Below are positions 48,013 through 57,088 of a DNA stretch of 64,000 nucleotides, piece after piece. Origin of the DNA: Chitinophagaceae bacterium (GTDB lineage Bacteria > Bacteroidota > Bacteroidia > Chitinophagales > JADJOU01). Within the stretch, counting starts at the first letter, position 1; each line of letters opens with the position of its first letter. A model generated the notes under the pieces. The model was not told the DNA's origin and ran no database searches. It was given only the letters and a program-made list of their open reading frames with translations. The translations under genes and the position numbers were made by a program. The DNA lies in NCBI GenBank assembly GCA_017495115.1, contig JAFEIJ010000045.1:18884-82883 (forward strand), written 5' to 3'.

Positions 48013-48633
48013 TTACATTTTTGTAATAATCTCGTCAACAATTCCGTATTCAATGGCTTCTTGAGCGTCTAGCCAATAATCTCTATCAAAATCCTTTAGA
48101 ATTTTTTCAACAGGTTGTCCGCAGTTTTCAGCTAAAATGTCAGCCAATAATTTACGCGTTTTTACGATTTGTTTTGCGGTAATTTCAAGTTCAATAGCTT
48201 GTCCTTGAACACCTCCAATTGACGGCTGATGAATCATGACTCTGCCATTTTTAAAAATTTTACGCTTTCCTTTTACTCCTTGACTCAAAATCATACTACC
48301 CATACTCGCAGCCAAACCCATGCAAATGGTATTGACAGGAGATTGAATCATATTCATAACATCAAGTAATGCTAAACCAGCCGTAACACTTCCACCTGGA
48401 CTACTTATATATAAATCAATTTCTTTTCCAGGCTCGTGTGCGTCCAAAAATAAAACTTTGGAAATGATTTTTTCCATACTTTTATCATCCACAACGCCCC
48501 AAAAATAGACACGACGCTGTTGAAGATAAATCTCTTCCATTCTTTTGTTTAATATACCATGCCCTTCTTTTTCTTCCTTCTCTTCTTTTTCTTCCTCTTC
48601 CTCGTTTTTATTTAAATATTCTAACATCTGCAT
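48013..48633 (-). CDS. clpP: ClpP-family serine protease subunit, atypical N-terminus
   Basis: The ClpP core retains its catalytic contexts GLAASMGS (Ser), MIHQP (His) and FDRDYW (Asp). The N-terminal axial-loop region is replaced by MQMLEYLNKNEEEEEKEEKEEKE. Confidence 0.8.
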   Translation of the reverse strand: MQMLEYLNKNEEEEEKEEKEEKEGHGILNKRMEEIYLQQRRVYFWGVVDDKSMEKIISKVLFLDAHEPGKEIDLYISSPGGSVTAGLALLDVMNMIQSPVNTICMGLAASMGSMILSQGVKGKRKIFKNGRVMIHQPSIGGVQGQAIELEITAKQIVKTRKLLADILAENCGQPVEKILKDFDRDYWLDAQEAIEYGIVDEIITKM

Positions 48634-48757
48634 AATTTTTTATTAGTAAACGGCAAATTTACATATTTAATTATTTATGATAGGTCAAAAAATCCTAAAA
48701 AAAATATTAATAGCCATTATGATTTTAACTTTAGGCAAATAAATTAAATTTTTAAAT

Positions 48758-48765
48758 TACTTTTG
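48758..48765 (+). promoter_or_regulatory. -7 promoter box (TAnnTTTG) upstream of cytochrome c peroxidase gene
   Basis: TACTTTTG lies only 8 nt before the ATG, implying a very short or absent leader. Confidence 0.4.
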
Positions 48766-48772
48766 TATTTGT

Positions 48773-49711
48773 ATGAAGTTTGGTTTTTTTATTATTTTAT
48801 TTATAGTGTCATGTCAGAATCAAGAAATGGTCAATATTTTAATTCCTGAAAATGTTGACATTTTTGATTCAACGCTTTTAAAACCAATTCGAAAAGATCA
48901 AATAGAACTTGGCAAAAAACTATTTTTTGATAAAAGACTTTCTTTAGATTCGTCCATTTCTTGTGCCTCTTGCCATTTTCCCGAACTTGCATTTACCGAC
49001 GGTAAACCAATTAGTGAAGGATATCAAGGTAGAAAAAGTCGGCACAATGCCTCAACACTAATCAACATAGCTTTAAGCCCAACATTTATGTTTGATAATA
49101 GAGCTCAAACACTTGAAACACAATCTTTAATCCCAATTCATGACCCTAATGAAATGAATTTTGACATTTATAAAATATCAAAAAGATTATCAAATGATTT
49201 GTTTTACAAAGAAATATCTAAAAAAGCATTCAATGACAGTCTTTCGCCCTTCGTTATTACACGCTCTTTGGTCGCTTTTATTCGTTCTTTAGTTGTTTTT
49301 GATCGACCTATTGATTCTTTTTATAAAACAAAAGATAAACGTATTTTTTCAAAAACAGCTTGGTTGGGTTATCAGTTATTTATTGGTAAAGCTAATTGTG
49401 TAAAATGTCACGAAGAGCCTTTATATACTAATCATTTATACTATAATTTAAACTTAGAAGATTCGACTTCAACAACTTTTGGTTTATACGGTGCAACGCA
49501 TGATAAAAAAGATATGTACCGTTTTAAAACACCAACATTGCGTTATATTTCAAAAACAGCACCTTATTTTCATAACGGAAAATTTAATACACTTGAGGCC
49601 GTTTTAGATTATAAAATAGATCCAAAAAACAATACTTTCGATTATAAATCTCCTAACTTAAACGATGCTGAAAAAAAAGCGATAGTTGTGTTTTTAAAAG
49701 AAATGTTATAA
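48773..49711 (+). CDS. Di-haem cytochrome c peroxidase (CCP/MauG family)
   Basis: Two haem-binding motifs are present, CASCH and CVKCH, along with the conserved FKTPTLRY segment. Confidence 0.85.
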   Translation: MKFGFFIILFIVSCQNQEMVNILIPENVDIFDSTLLKPIRKDQIELGKKLFFDKRLSLDSSISCASCHFPELAFTDGKPISEGYQGRKSRHNASTLINIALSPTFMFDNRAQTLETQSLIPIHDPNEMNFDIYKISKRLSNDLFYKEISKKAFNDSLSPFVITRSLVAFIRSLVVFDRPIDSFYKTKDKRIFSKTAWLGYQLFIGKANCVKCHEEPLYTNHLYYNLNLEDSTSTTFGLYGATHDKKDMYRFKTPTLRYISKTAPYFHNGKFNTLEAVLDYKIDPKNNTFDYKSPNLNDAEKKAIVVFLKEML

Positions 49712-49764
49712 TTTAATTTTATTCAAAGATTAAAAAAATATAATTATTAAACAAAAGATTTATA

Positions 49765-49772
49765 TATCTTTG
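49765..49772 (+). promoter_or_regulatory. -7 promoter box (TAnnTTTG) upstream of SPOR-like gene
   Basis: TATCTTTG lies 34 nt before the ATG. Confidence 0.4.
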
Positions 49773-49805
49773 TGGTTTTATTTTCTGTTATAATAATAAT
49801 TTTTT

Positions 49806-50789
49806 ATGCAATATATTCGAATTATATTAATTGTTGCAACTTTTTATATAAATAATATTAGTTTTTCTCAGGGTACTTATAACAAGGACAAAACGGTAGA
49901 AGAGCTCGAAAAATACTTGGATAATCCAAAGGCATATTTTGATATGATTCAAAAGCTACGTAAAGAAGCTCGTGAAGCCAGTCAAAATAATTTATCTATT
50001 GCCGAAGAGTATATAAGCCAACTAAATGCTAAAGATAGCTTGATTGAAATGTATAAAAAGAAAGCTAAAAATACAAGAAGCGTTGCAGTGGACAAAACTA
50101 CTAAGCTAACCCCCACTGCAAATGCTTCGCTTACTACCACTGAGGTTGAAAAACCAAAAACAAATGTAGAAGTATTAGTAAACCAAAAAATGCCATATCG
50201 AGTTCAGATTGCAGCATTTAATAATGATAAACTAAAAGCGATGCTTTCTACACCAAAAGCGCTTATGGTTACAAGTTTAGCAAATCGAAATGTATTTGAA
50301 GTTGCGGGTTTTCAAACCGCTGAAGAAGCTTTTGAATTTAGCCAAGAGTTAAGAAGTTCGGATTGGGCAGGTGCATTTGTTTCTAAATATGCAAATGGAG
50401 TTCGAGTAGAAGATTATGATTATTTGAGCGATAAGCCTGATGCCTATAAATATAGAACAACTAAGTTCGGACCTTTTATGAATTCTAAAAATAAAGATAA
50501 GTCTGAAGGTGTAATTTATCCGTCCTCGGAACCTAATGGATATTTAGAGTTAATGGGATTAATGCCTTCTTCAAATAACACGACAAAGCCGGCAACGACA
50601 AAGCCGGATGAAATTAATAAAGAAAATACGGTAAAAAAAGAACCAATAAAAAAAGAAAACACCAATATAAAAGTTAAAGAAAATATTAAGACAAATAATG
50701 AGCCATCGGCTCCGATTCGCCAAACTCCAAAATCAAATACCCGAAAAGATAAATTAGACGAAGCATTTGAGGCAATATTTGGGAGCTAA
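49806..50789 (+). CDS. Secreted protein with central SPOR-like domain and K/T/P-rich tail
   Basis: The signal peptide is followed by YRVQIAAFNN...FEVAGFQTAEEAFEFSQEL, which resembles the SPOR peptidoglycan-binding fold. The C-terminus is low complexity. Confidence 0.55.
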   Translation: MQYIRIILIVATFYINNISFSQGTYNKDKTVEELEKYLDNPKAYFDMIQKLRKEAREASQNNLSIAEEYISQLNAKDSLIEMYKKKAKNTRSVAVDKTTKLTPTANASLTTTEVEKPKTNVEVLVNQKMPYRVQIAAFNNDKLKAMLSTPKALMVTSLANRNVFEVAGFQTAEEAFEFSQELRSSDWAGAFVSKYANGVRVEDYDYLSDKPDAYKYRTTKFGPFMNSKNKDKSEGVIYPSSEPNGYLELMGLMPSSNNTTKPATTKPDEINKENTVKKEPIKKENTNIKVKENIKTNNEPSAPIRQTPKSNTRKDKLDEAFEAIFGS

Positions 50790-50799
50790 TTTTTAGAAA

Positions 50800-51360
50800 A
50801 TGAAATTTTTATTAGTTGGACTTGGTAATATTGGTGAGGAATATAAATATACCCGTCATAATATTGGATTTCTAGTTTTAGATCGAATGGTTAATAAATA
50901 CCAAACCGAATTTAAATCAGGTAAACTTGCAGATACGGCTACTTTTAGGATAAAAAATAAAGTGGTAACGGCGATTAAACCAACAACCTATATGAATCTA
51001 AGCGGAAAAGCCTATAGATATTGGCTTGAGCAACTTGAAGTTCCCGTTGAGCAGTCTATGGCTGTTGTAGATGAACTTGCGCTGCAGTTTGGAACGATTC
51101 GAATAAAAACAAAAGGTAGTAGTGGCGGACATAATGGTTTAGCAAGTATTGAACAAGAGCTGAAAACCACAGCTTATGCTAGACTTCGTTTTGGAATAGG
51201 AAATAGTTTTTCAAAAGGAAAACAGATTGATTATGTTCTCGGAAAATGGAGCGATGAAGAAGTAAAAGCACTTCCTGAATTATTGGATAAAACGATTTTA
51301 GCTATTGAAGAGTCCATTTTGTCAGGATTTTCCAATGCGATGAATAAATTTAACGGTTAA
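50800..51360 (+). CDS. pth: Peptidyl-tRNA hydrolase
   Basis: LVGLGNIGEEY..TRHNIGF, YMNLSG and GGHNGL are present. Confidence 0.92.
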   Translation: MKFLLVGLGNIGEEYKYTRHNIGFLVLDRMVNKYQTEFKSGKLADTATFRIKNKVVTAIKPTTYMNLSGKAYRYWLEQLEVPVEQSMAVVDELALQFGTIRIKTKGSSGGHNGLASIEQELKTTAYARLRFGIGNSFSKGKQIDYVLGKWSDEEVKALPELLDKTILAIEESILSGFSNAMNKFNG

Positions 51361-53137
51361 TTTCTTCGTTATAAGGAAAAACCAAAATTCCGACAGGGAG
51401 ATTTACTGCTTTATTTTCTAAAACGGCATTTTTGGCATCTCGAAGTTTTAATATATTGTAAATAAAACTTAGTAAAAGAATCAATTTTCCGGTAAAGCTA
51501 TAATCCGCCCATATTAAGAGTAATGCAATAAGATAGCCAATTGTAATAAGCGTTTGAAAATGAAAATTCTGAACAATTAAGTTGTAGCAAGCGTCATTTT
51601 TTTGAATTCTTTTTAAGAAAATAAATGGTGCAACGATACTTGAAAAAATACTCAAAGAATACATCAACAATATCGTTTTTTTTGATTCAAATTTTAAAAA
51701 TTTAGATTCAAAGGGGCTATTTACTTCTTTATTTTGAGATAGTAAAGTATTAAGATACTCCGACTTTTTTTCTTCAATTTTAGGATTATCATTTTCTTTT
51801 TCAATAATTTGAAGTAAATCCAAACCTGAAAAATTACCACTGCTCATCATCAGAAAAACCGTTTTACTTGTATCAAATGATTTTAATGTTTTAAGCAAAT
51901 CATTTTTTTCATTTAAATATAAAATGTCGTTGCGATTAAATTCATTTAATATCTCTTCTGAAGTAAACACTTGATTTCCTTTTTGTTCAACGGTTACTTT
52001 ATCCATATAAATAATTGGAATATCTACTTGGCCAAAAGTGTCTTTGTATTGCGGAAGAAAATCTTTATTTAAAGAACTAAACGTATGTAGTTCATAACAT
52101 GCAACGATTTTATAATCCGAGTAGGTATCTGAAACCGCTTTAATGGTTGCTCTAAGTTTGCTAGGAGAGTGCGCAAAATCTCTAAAAATGACACATTCAT
52201 TTGAGTCGTAAATTTTTTCAAGACGTCGTCCTGCGCCACTAAAACTTTGCATGGCTTGATAAAAAAGATGTGAATTGATTTCTAAAGTCCTGCATACACA
52301 ATGCGCCGCTTCCATGTTTTCCATGTTGTGTTTTCCAAAAAAGTCAAATTCATATTTTTTACCTTCAAAGTATATAATATATTTATGATTTTCTATCGAG
52401 AAATCCGGAGATTGATAGCTTTGTTTTTCAACATCATTACGAATTGATAAAACAGTTTCGGCAATTTGCGTGTCATTATAATAGAACAACTTCGCTTGAT
52501 GGTCTAAACTGTGAACTAATTTTTTAAATTGTTCAAAATAAATAGCTTCCGTTTTAAAAACATTGATATGGTCCCATTCAATACCACTTAAAATAGTAAT
52601 ATTTCCTTTATAATTTATAAATTTTGGTTCATTGCTCAAACAGCTTGAAAGATATTCGTCGCCTTCGATAACAATAACAGGCGCATCGGATAATTTTACG
52701 GAATGTTCAAATCCTTTTACCGAGCTCCCTACCAAATAGTCAAACTCAAAATTCAAAGATTTTAAAACATGCATAATCATAGATGTAATACTTGTTTTTC
52801 CATGACTACCCGCAACGACAATTCGTGTTTTATCCATGCTGTTTTTATAAACATACTCTGGAAAAGAATACACTTTGATACCTAATTCCATGGCTCTTGC
52901 CAATTCGGGATTATCGAGCTTGGCATGCATACCTAAAACAATTTCATCAATATCCGTTTGAATATGTTCGGCATGAAAACCTAATTTCGAAGGGAATAAT
53001 CCATTTTTTTCTAAATTAGACTTGGAAGGTTCATTGATTACATCATCCGATCCAGTTACATGATGACCTTTATTTTTGAGTGCTATTGCCATTTGATGCA
53101 TAATGGCACCACCGATGGCTATAAAATGAATTCGCAT
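51350..53137 (-). CDS. mpl: Mpl-type Mur ligase fused to a C-terminal three-helix membrane domain
   Basis: The N-terminal ~450 aa carry MRIHFIAIGGAIM...GSDD, the P-loop GSHGKTS, and the Mur ligase middle and C-terminal domains. The last ~140 aa contain 3 predicted TM helices with a DUF4870-like pattern. Confidence 0.8.
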   Translation of the reverse strand: MRIHFIAIGGAIMHQMAIALKNKGHHVTGSDDVINEPSKSNLEKNGLFPSKLGFHAEHIQTDIDEIVLGMHAKLDNPELARAMELGIKVYSFPEYVYKNSMDKTRIVVAGSHGKTSITSMIMHVLKSLNFEFDYLVGSSVKGFEHSVKLSDAPVIVIEGDEYLSSCLSNEPKFINYKGNITILSGIEWDHINVFKTEAIYFEQFKKLVHSLDHQAKLFYYNDTQIAETVLSIRNDVEKQSYQSPDFSIENHKYIIYFEGKKYEFDFFGKHNMENMEAAHCVCRTLEINSHLFYQAMQSFSGAGRRLEKIYDSNECVIFRDFAHSPSKLRATIKAVSDTYSDYKIVACYELHTFSSLNKDFLPQYKDTFGQVDIPIIYMDKVTVEQKGNQVFTSEEILNEFNRNDILYLNEKNDLLKTLKSFDTSKTVFLMMSSGNFSGLDLLQIIEKENDNPKIEEKKSEYLNTLLSQNKEVNSPFESKFLKFESKKTILLMYSLSIFSSIVAPFIFLKRIQKNDACYNLIVQNFHFQTLITIGYLIALLLIWADYSFTGKLILLLSFIYNILKLRDAKNAVLENKAVNLPVGILVFPYNEEINR

Positions 53138-53344
53138 ATGTTTTAAATGTTAATACAAAAATACAAGATTTAGATTAATTAGTAAAATACTTAAGTGTAA
53201 AATCGTTTTTATAGTCATTACAGCTTGGTTTAAAAACAACAGTAATATAAAAATGTATCTATTTATTGACTGATTTTCAATGCATTTATGGCAATAAAAA
53301 AATATTTATTCAAAAAAAAGCATATTGAATTAAAAAAAATAGTT

Positions 53345-53352
53345 TACTTTTG
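53345..53352 (+). promoter_or_regulatory. -7 promoter box (TAnnTTTG) upstream of rplM-rpsI
   Basis: TACTTTTG lies 50 nt before the GTG start. Confidence 0.5.
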
Positions 53353-53401
53353 CAGTCCTTTTTAAAAAATATTGAATAATTAACCTATAAAAAAATAAAT
53401 C

Positions 53402-53845
53402 GTGAAGCAATTAAGTTATCGAACACAATTTGTTAGCAAATTAGTTCACCAAAAAGAATGGTACATTGTGAATGCAGAAAATCAAACTGTAGGAAGAATT
53501 TGTACTGAAATTGCCAAAATATTAATGGGCAAACATAAACCTTCTTTTACACCAAATGACGACGCTGGAGACTATGTAATCGTTGTTAATAGTAATAAAT
53601 GTGTATTTACAGGTCGTAAATGGAATCAAAAAATATATTTAAGACACACTGGTTATCCAGGTGGACAAAGAATGATTGCGGCTAGAGATTTAAACGTTAA
53701 AAAACCTACTTCTGTAATCGAAACAGCAGTTAAAGGAATGTTACCTAAGTCTAAATTAGGTAGAGCGATGTTTAAAAAATTATTCGTTTACGAAGGTGTT
53801 GCGCATCCGCATACAGCTCAAAAACCAACAGAAATTAAATTTTAA
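53402..53845 (+). CDS. rplM: 50S ribosomal protein L13
   Basis: KEWYIVNAENQTVGR...LMGKHKPSFTP..D.GD.V.V.N and HTGYPGG are present. Confidence 0.95.
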   Translation: MKQLSYRTQFVSKLVHQKEWYIVNAENQTVGRICTEIAKILMGKHKPSFTPNDDAGDYVIVVNSNKCVFTGRKWNQKIYLRHTGYPGGQRMIAARDLNVKKPTSVIETAVKGMLPKSKLGRAMFKKLFVYEGVAHPHTAQKPTEIKF

Positions 53846-53866
53846 TCTCCTTAAATTATATATAAA

Positions 53867-54259
53867 ATGACTAAAACAAATCACATCGCTGTAGGTAGAA
53901 GAAAATCATCTGTAGCTAGAGTTTATATCAAAAAAGGTAGTGGAAATATCACAATCAACGGTAAAGATTATAAAGATTACTTTACAATTAGTTTTTTACA
54001 AGACAATTTAATGAAGCCATTAAAAGTTCTAGAAATGGAAGGTCAATTAGATGTTTTTGTAAATGTTTCTGGTGGAGGTATCAAAGGACAAACGGAAGCT
54101 ATTCGTCTTGGAATCGCTAGAGCTTTAGTTGAAGAAAATCCAGATAACAAACCTGCTTTAAGAAAAGAAAGACTAATGACGCGTGATGCAAGAGTTGTAG
54201 AGCGTAAGAAAACAGGTCTTAGAAAAGCACGTAAACAAGAGCAATTCAGCAAACGTTAA
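53867..54259 (+). CDS. rpsI: 30S ribosomal protein S9
   Basis: GRRKSSVARV, GGG..GQ..A...GIARAL and the C-terminal RK.GL.KARK..QFSKR are present. Confidence 0.95.
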   Translation: MTKTNHIAVGRRKSSVARVYIKKGSGNITINGKDYKDYFTISFLQDNLMKPLKVLEMEGQLDVFVNVSGGGIKGQTEAIRLGIARALVEENPDNKPALRKERLMTRDARVVERKKTGLRKARKQEQFSKR

Positions 54260-54301
54260 TCTTTATTATTATTTATTAATCTTCTAAAAATATACATATC
54301 A

Positions 54302-55132
54302 ATGGCATCAATAGATCAAAAAGCAATGTTAGAAGCAGGTGTTCATTTCGGTCACTTAAAGAAAAAATGGAACCCGAAAATGCTTCCTTACATATTTGCA
54401 GAAAAGAAAGGAATACATGTAATTGACCTAAACAAAACAGCTCAAAAATTAGAGCAAGCAGGTCAAGCCATGAAACATATAGCAAAAAGTGGAAAACAAA
54501 TTTTATTTGTAGCTACTAAAAAACAAGCAAAAGATATCGTTAAAAATGCGGCATTAAGTTGTGGTATGCCTTTCGTAACCGACAGATGGTTGGGTGGTAT
54601 GATGACTAACTTTACTACGATTCGTAAATCAGTAAAGAAAATGCAAAGCATCGATAAAATGTTCAAAGACGGTACGGTGAATAACATTACCAAAAAAGAG
54701 CGTTTAATGCTTTCGCGTCAAAAAGATAAATTAGAAGTTGTATTAGGCGGTATTGCAAATATGATGCGTACACCTGCAGCTGTTTTCGTAGTAGATATTT
54801 TACATGAAGATATCGCGATTCTTGAGAGCAAGCGTTTAGGAATTACTACGTTTGGTTTAGTTGATACCAACTCTGATCCAAATAAAGTACATTTCCCAAT
54901 CCCAGGAAACGATGATAGTTCTAAATCTATTGAGTATATCACTAACTATTTAGTAGAATGTATCAAAGAAGGTTTAGCTGAAAAAGCAACGGCTCCTGCG
55001 GTTGAAAAAGACGGAGAGCACACGCCAGAAGTTAAACAGAGAAAAGCTAAAGTAGAAGCACCTCAAGCAGAAACTCCAGCTACCGAATCTTCGGAAGAGG
55101 TTACGGAGGCTACGGAACCAAATCAAGACTAA
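54302..55132 (+). CDS. rpsB: 30S ribosomal protein S2 (with acidic C-terminal extension)
   Basis: LEAGVHFGH, the WNPKM region, FVATKKQA and RWLGGMMTNF are present. Confidence 0.95.
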   Translation: MASIDQKAMLEAGVHFGHLKKKWNPKMLPYIFAEKKGIHVIDLNKTAQKLEQAGQAMKHIAKSGKQILFVATKKQAKDIVKNAALSCGMPFVTDRWLGGMMTNFTTIRKSVKKMQSIDKMFKDGTVNNITKKERLMLSRQKDKLEVVLGGIANMMRTPAAVFVVDILHEDIAILESKRLGITTFGLVDTNSDPNKVHFPIPGNDDSSKSIEYITNYLVECIKEGLAEKATAPAVEKDGEHTPEVKQRKAKVEAPQAETPATESSEEVTEATEPNQD

Positions 55133-55168
55133 TTAATTTATAAGTTAATCGAAAATAATATTAATAAA

Positions 55169-56005
55169 ATGAGTACAATTACAGCACAAGATGTAAAAAA
55201 ATTGAGAGATACTACCGGAGCCGGTATGATGGATTGTAAAAAAGCGTTGACGGAATCTAATGGTGATTTTGATGCCGCAGTAGATTACTTGAGAAAAAAA
55301 GGAGCTAAAGTTGCGGAATTAAGAGCAGGTAGAGATGCAAATGAAGGTGTGGTTTATATTTTAACAAGTAGCGCAAACAACTTCGGAATTATGGTTCAAG
55401 TAGGTTGTGAAACGGATTTCGTAGCTAAAAATGAATCTTTTATTGAGTTTGTTAAATCTATCGCTACATTGGCTTTAGATAACAAAATCAAAACCACTGA
55501 AGAATTATTGGCTTCTGATTTAAATGGTGTTTCGGTTACAGAGCGTATCAATGAAAAAGTAGGTTCGATTGGTGAAAATATCTCTATTCAAAGTTACCAT
55601 GCTATTGAAGGAACGTATATTGCTACTTATAATCATAACTTTAGAGCGGGTGTTATGGTCGCTTTAAATATGGACGGTAATGATACTGTTGCAGGTATTG
55701 GTAAAGATTTAGCAATGCAAATTGCAGCTATGAAACCCGTAGCAATTGATGAAACAAGTGTAAGTCAAGAGCAAAAAGATCGTGAAAAAGCAATTGCAAG
55801 AGATAAAGCAGCTGCAGAAGGTAAGCCTGAAAATATTTTAGATAAAATTGCAGAAGGTGCTTTAACTAAATTCTACAAAGAGTTTACGCTTTTAAATCAA
55901 GATTATATCAAAGATACGAAGAAAACGATTGCACAAGTTTTAAAAGAAACAAACGCAGATCTAAAAGTTACTTCTTTTGTTAGAACCGAATTAGGAACAA
56001 AATAA
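55169..56005 (+). CDS. tsf: Translation elongation factor Ts
   Basis: The N-terminal UBA-like segment reads VKKLRDTTGAGMMDCKKAL, and the EF-Ts dimerisation core follows. Confidence 0.95.
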   Translation: MSTITAQDVKKLRDTTGAGMMDCKKALTESNGDFDAAVDYLRKKGAKVAELRAGRDANEGVVYILTSSANNFGIMVQVGCETDFVAKNESFIEFVKSIATLALDNKIKTTEELLASDLNGVSVTERINEKVGSIGENISIQSYHAIEGTYIATYNHNFRAGVMVALNMDGNDTVAGIGKDLAMQIAAMKPVAIDETSVSQEQKDREKAIARDKAAAEGKPENILDKIAEGALTKFYKEFTLLNQDYIKDTKKTIAQVLKETNADLKVTSFVRTELGTK

Positions 56006-56030
56006 TAAGAACAACTTTTCTTTATACTAA

Positions 56031-56056
56031 AGTCCACAGTAATGTGGGCTTTTTTT
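56031..56056 (+). terminator. Rho-independent terminator of rpsB-tsf
   Basis: The stem AGTCCACA/TGTGGGCT has a GTAA loop and is followed by TTTTTT. Confidence 0.75.
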
Positions 56057-56123
56057 ATGCAATTAATTTTAAGTAGCAAATATTTTAAATGCAATTTTAT
56101 CTTGTGATTTTTGAAAAAAGTAG

Positions 56124-56131
56124 TAAGTTTG
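56124..56131 (+). promoter_or_regulatory. -7 promoter box (TAnnTTTG) with -33 TTG at 56102-56104
   Basis: TAAGTTTG has a 19-nt spacer to the TTG. It sits within a ~30-bp module repeated at 56962-57003. Confidence 0.45.
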
Positions 56132-56159
56132 AGGGATATTAAGTAGTTAAAAGGCATTT

Positions 56160-56822
56160 ATGAAACAATATTTACAAAACATACTCTTGTTTTCAGCAAT
56201 ATTTTTAATTAGTTGTTCTGCAAGACTAGACTGCCCAGACAAAACTAATTTATTACCTATGTATGGAGGACTTAAAAAATGTGACGAGCAAATTAAAATC
56301 GATAAAGATTTTCTAGCTGACTGTGATAAATATTTTAAGGATAGAGATACAGCAACTCGATACCACATTGATAAAGGTTGGAAATATTTTTATAATAACG
56401 ACTTTGACTCTGCAATGATGAGATTTAATCAAGCGTGGTTACTTGATAGCACAAACGCAGATATTTATTGGGGCTTTGGTAACATACTTGGAAGACAACA
56501 TAAGTTTCAAGAATCCCTCAAGTATTTTGACAAGTCTTTATCATTTAATTCAAAAAATGAAAAAGTATGGCAATCTTCTGCTACAAGTTTCGGACAATTA
56601 TTTTTTCAATCAAAAGACATATCACTACTCAATAAAGCGATTGATAATTTAAAGGAATCTGTTTCTATTAATCCAACAAACGCAGAAGCTTATGGACAGT
56701 TGACGGCTTGTTATTCATATTTTATGCAAAAGGATAGTGCAAGAAAATATTTAGAAATTACAGACAGACTTGACTCAAAAGCAATTAATCCAGAAGTAAG
56801 ACATATGCTGAATGGAAAATAA
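56160..56822 (+). CDS. TPR-repeat lipoprotein
   Basis: The lipobox is FLISC. Three or four TPR-like repeats follow (A...F..A..LD..NA..Y...G; A...Y..L...). Confidence 0.6.
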   Translation: MKQYLQNILLFSAIFLISCSARLDCPDKTNLLPMYGGLKKCDEQIKIDKDFLADCDKYFKDRDTATRYHIDKGWKYFYNNDFDSAMMRFNQAWLLDSTNADIYWGFGNILGRQHKFQESLKYFDKSLSFNSKNEKVWQSSATSFGQLFFQSKDISLLNKAIDNLKESVSINPTNAEAYGQLTACYSYFMQKDSARKYLEITDRLDSKAINPEVRHMLNGK

Positions 56823-56995
56823 AACGGCTTATAATAAAACATATACAAAAGGTAGATTTTCATACTTCGTAAACTGTTTTGCGATTATAGGAAGCTCTCT
56901 TCTCCGAATGAATAGCTATAGTAGGGGCTTGAACTAATGCGAAAATATTAATAAAACTATATTTAATTTTATCTTGATTTTTTTGAAAAAATTGC

Positions 56996-57003
56996 TATAT
57001 TTG
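56996..57003 (+). promoter_or_regulatory. -7 promoter box (TAnnTTTG) with -33 TTG at 56974-56976
   Basis: TATATTTG has a 19-nt spacer. AATTTTATCTTG.ATTTTTTGAAAAAA is shared with the promoter at 56090-56131. Confidence 0.45.
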
Positions 57004-57088
57004 TTCTTATATAAAGTATATATCTGACAGCATTAGCAACAGCATATATAAATCAAAATTATTAACTAATTTAAGTAAACCAATTTTT

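Noticed and set aside
48541-48610. A purine/pyrimidine-biased simple repeat (cttctttttcttccttctcttc...).
   Set aside because: It is the coding sequence of the poly-Glu/Lys N-terminus of the ClpP-like protein, not an independent repeat element.
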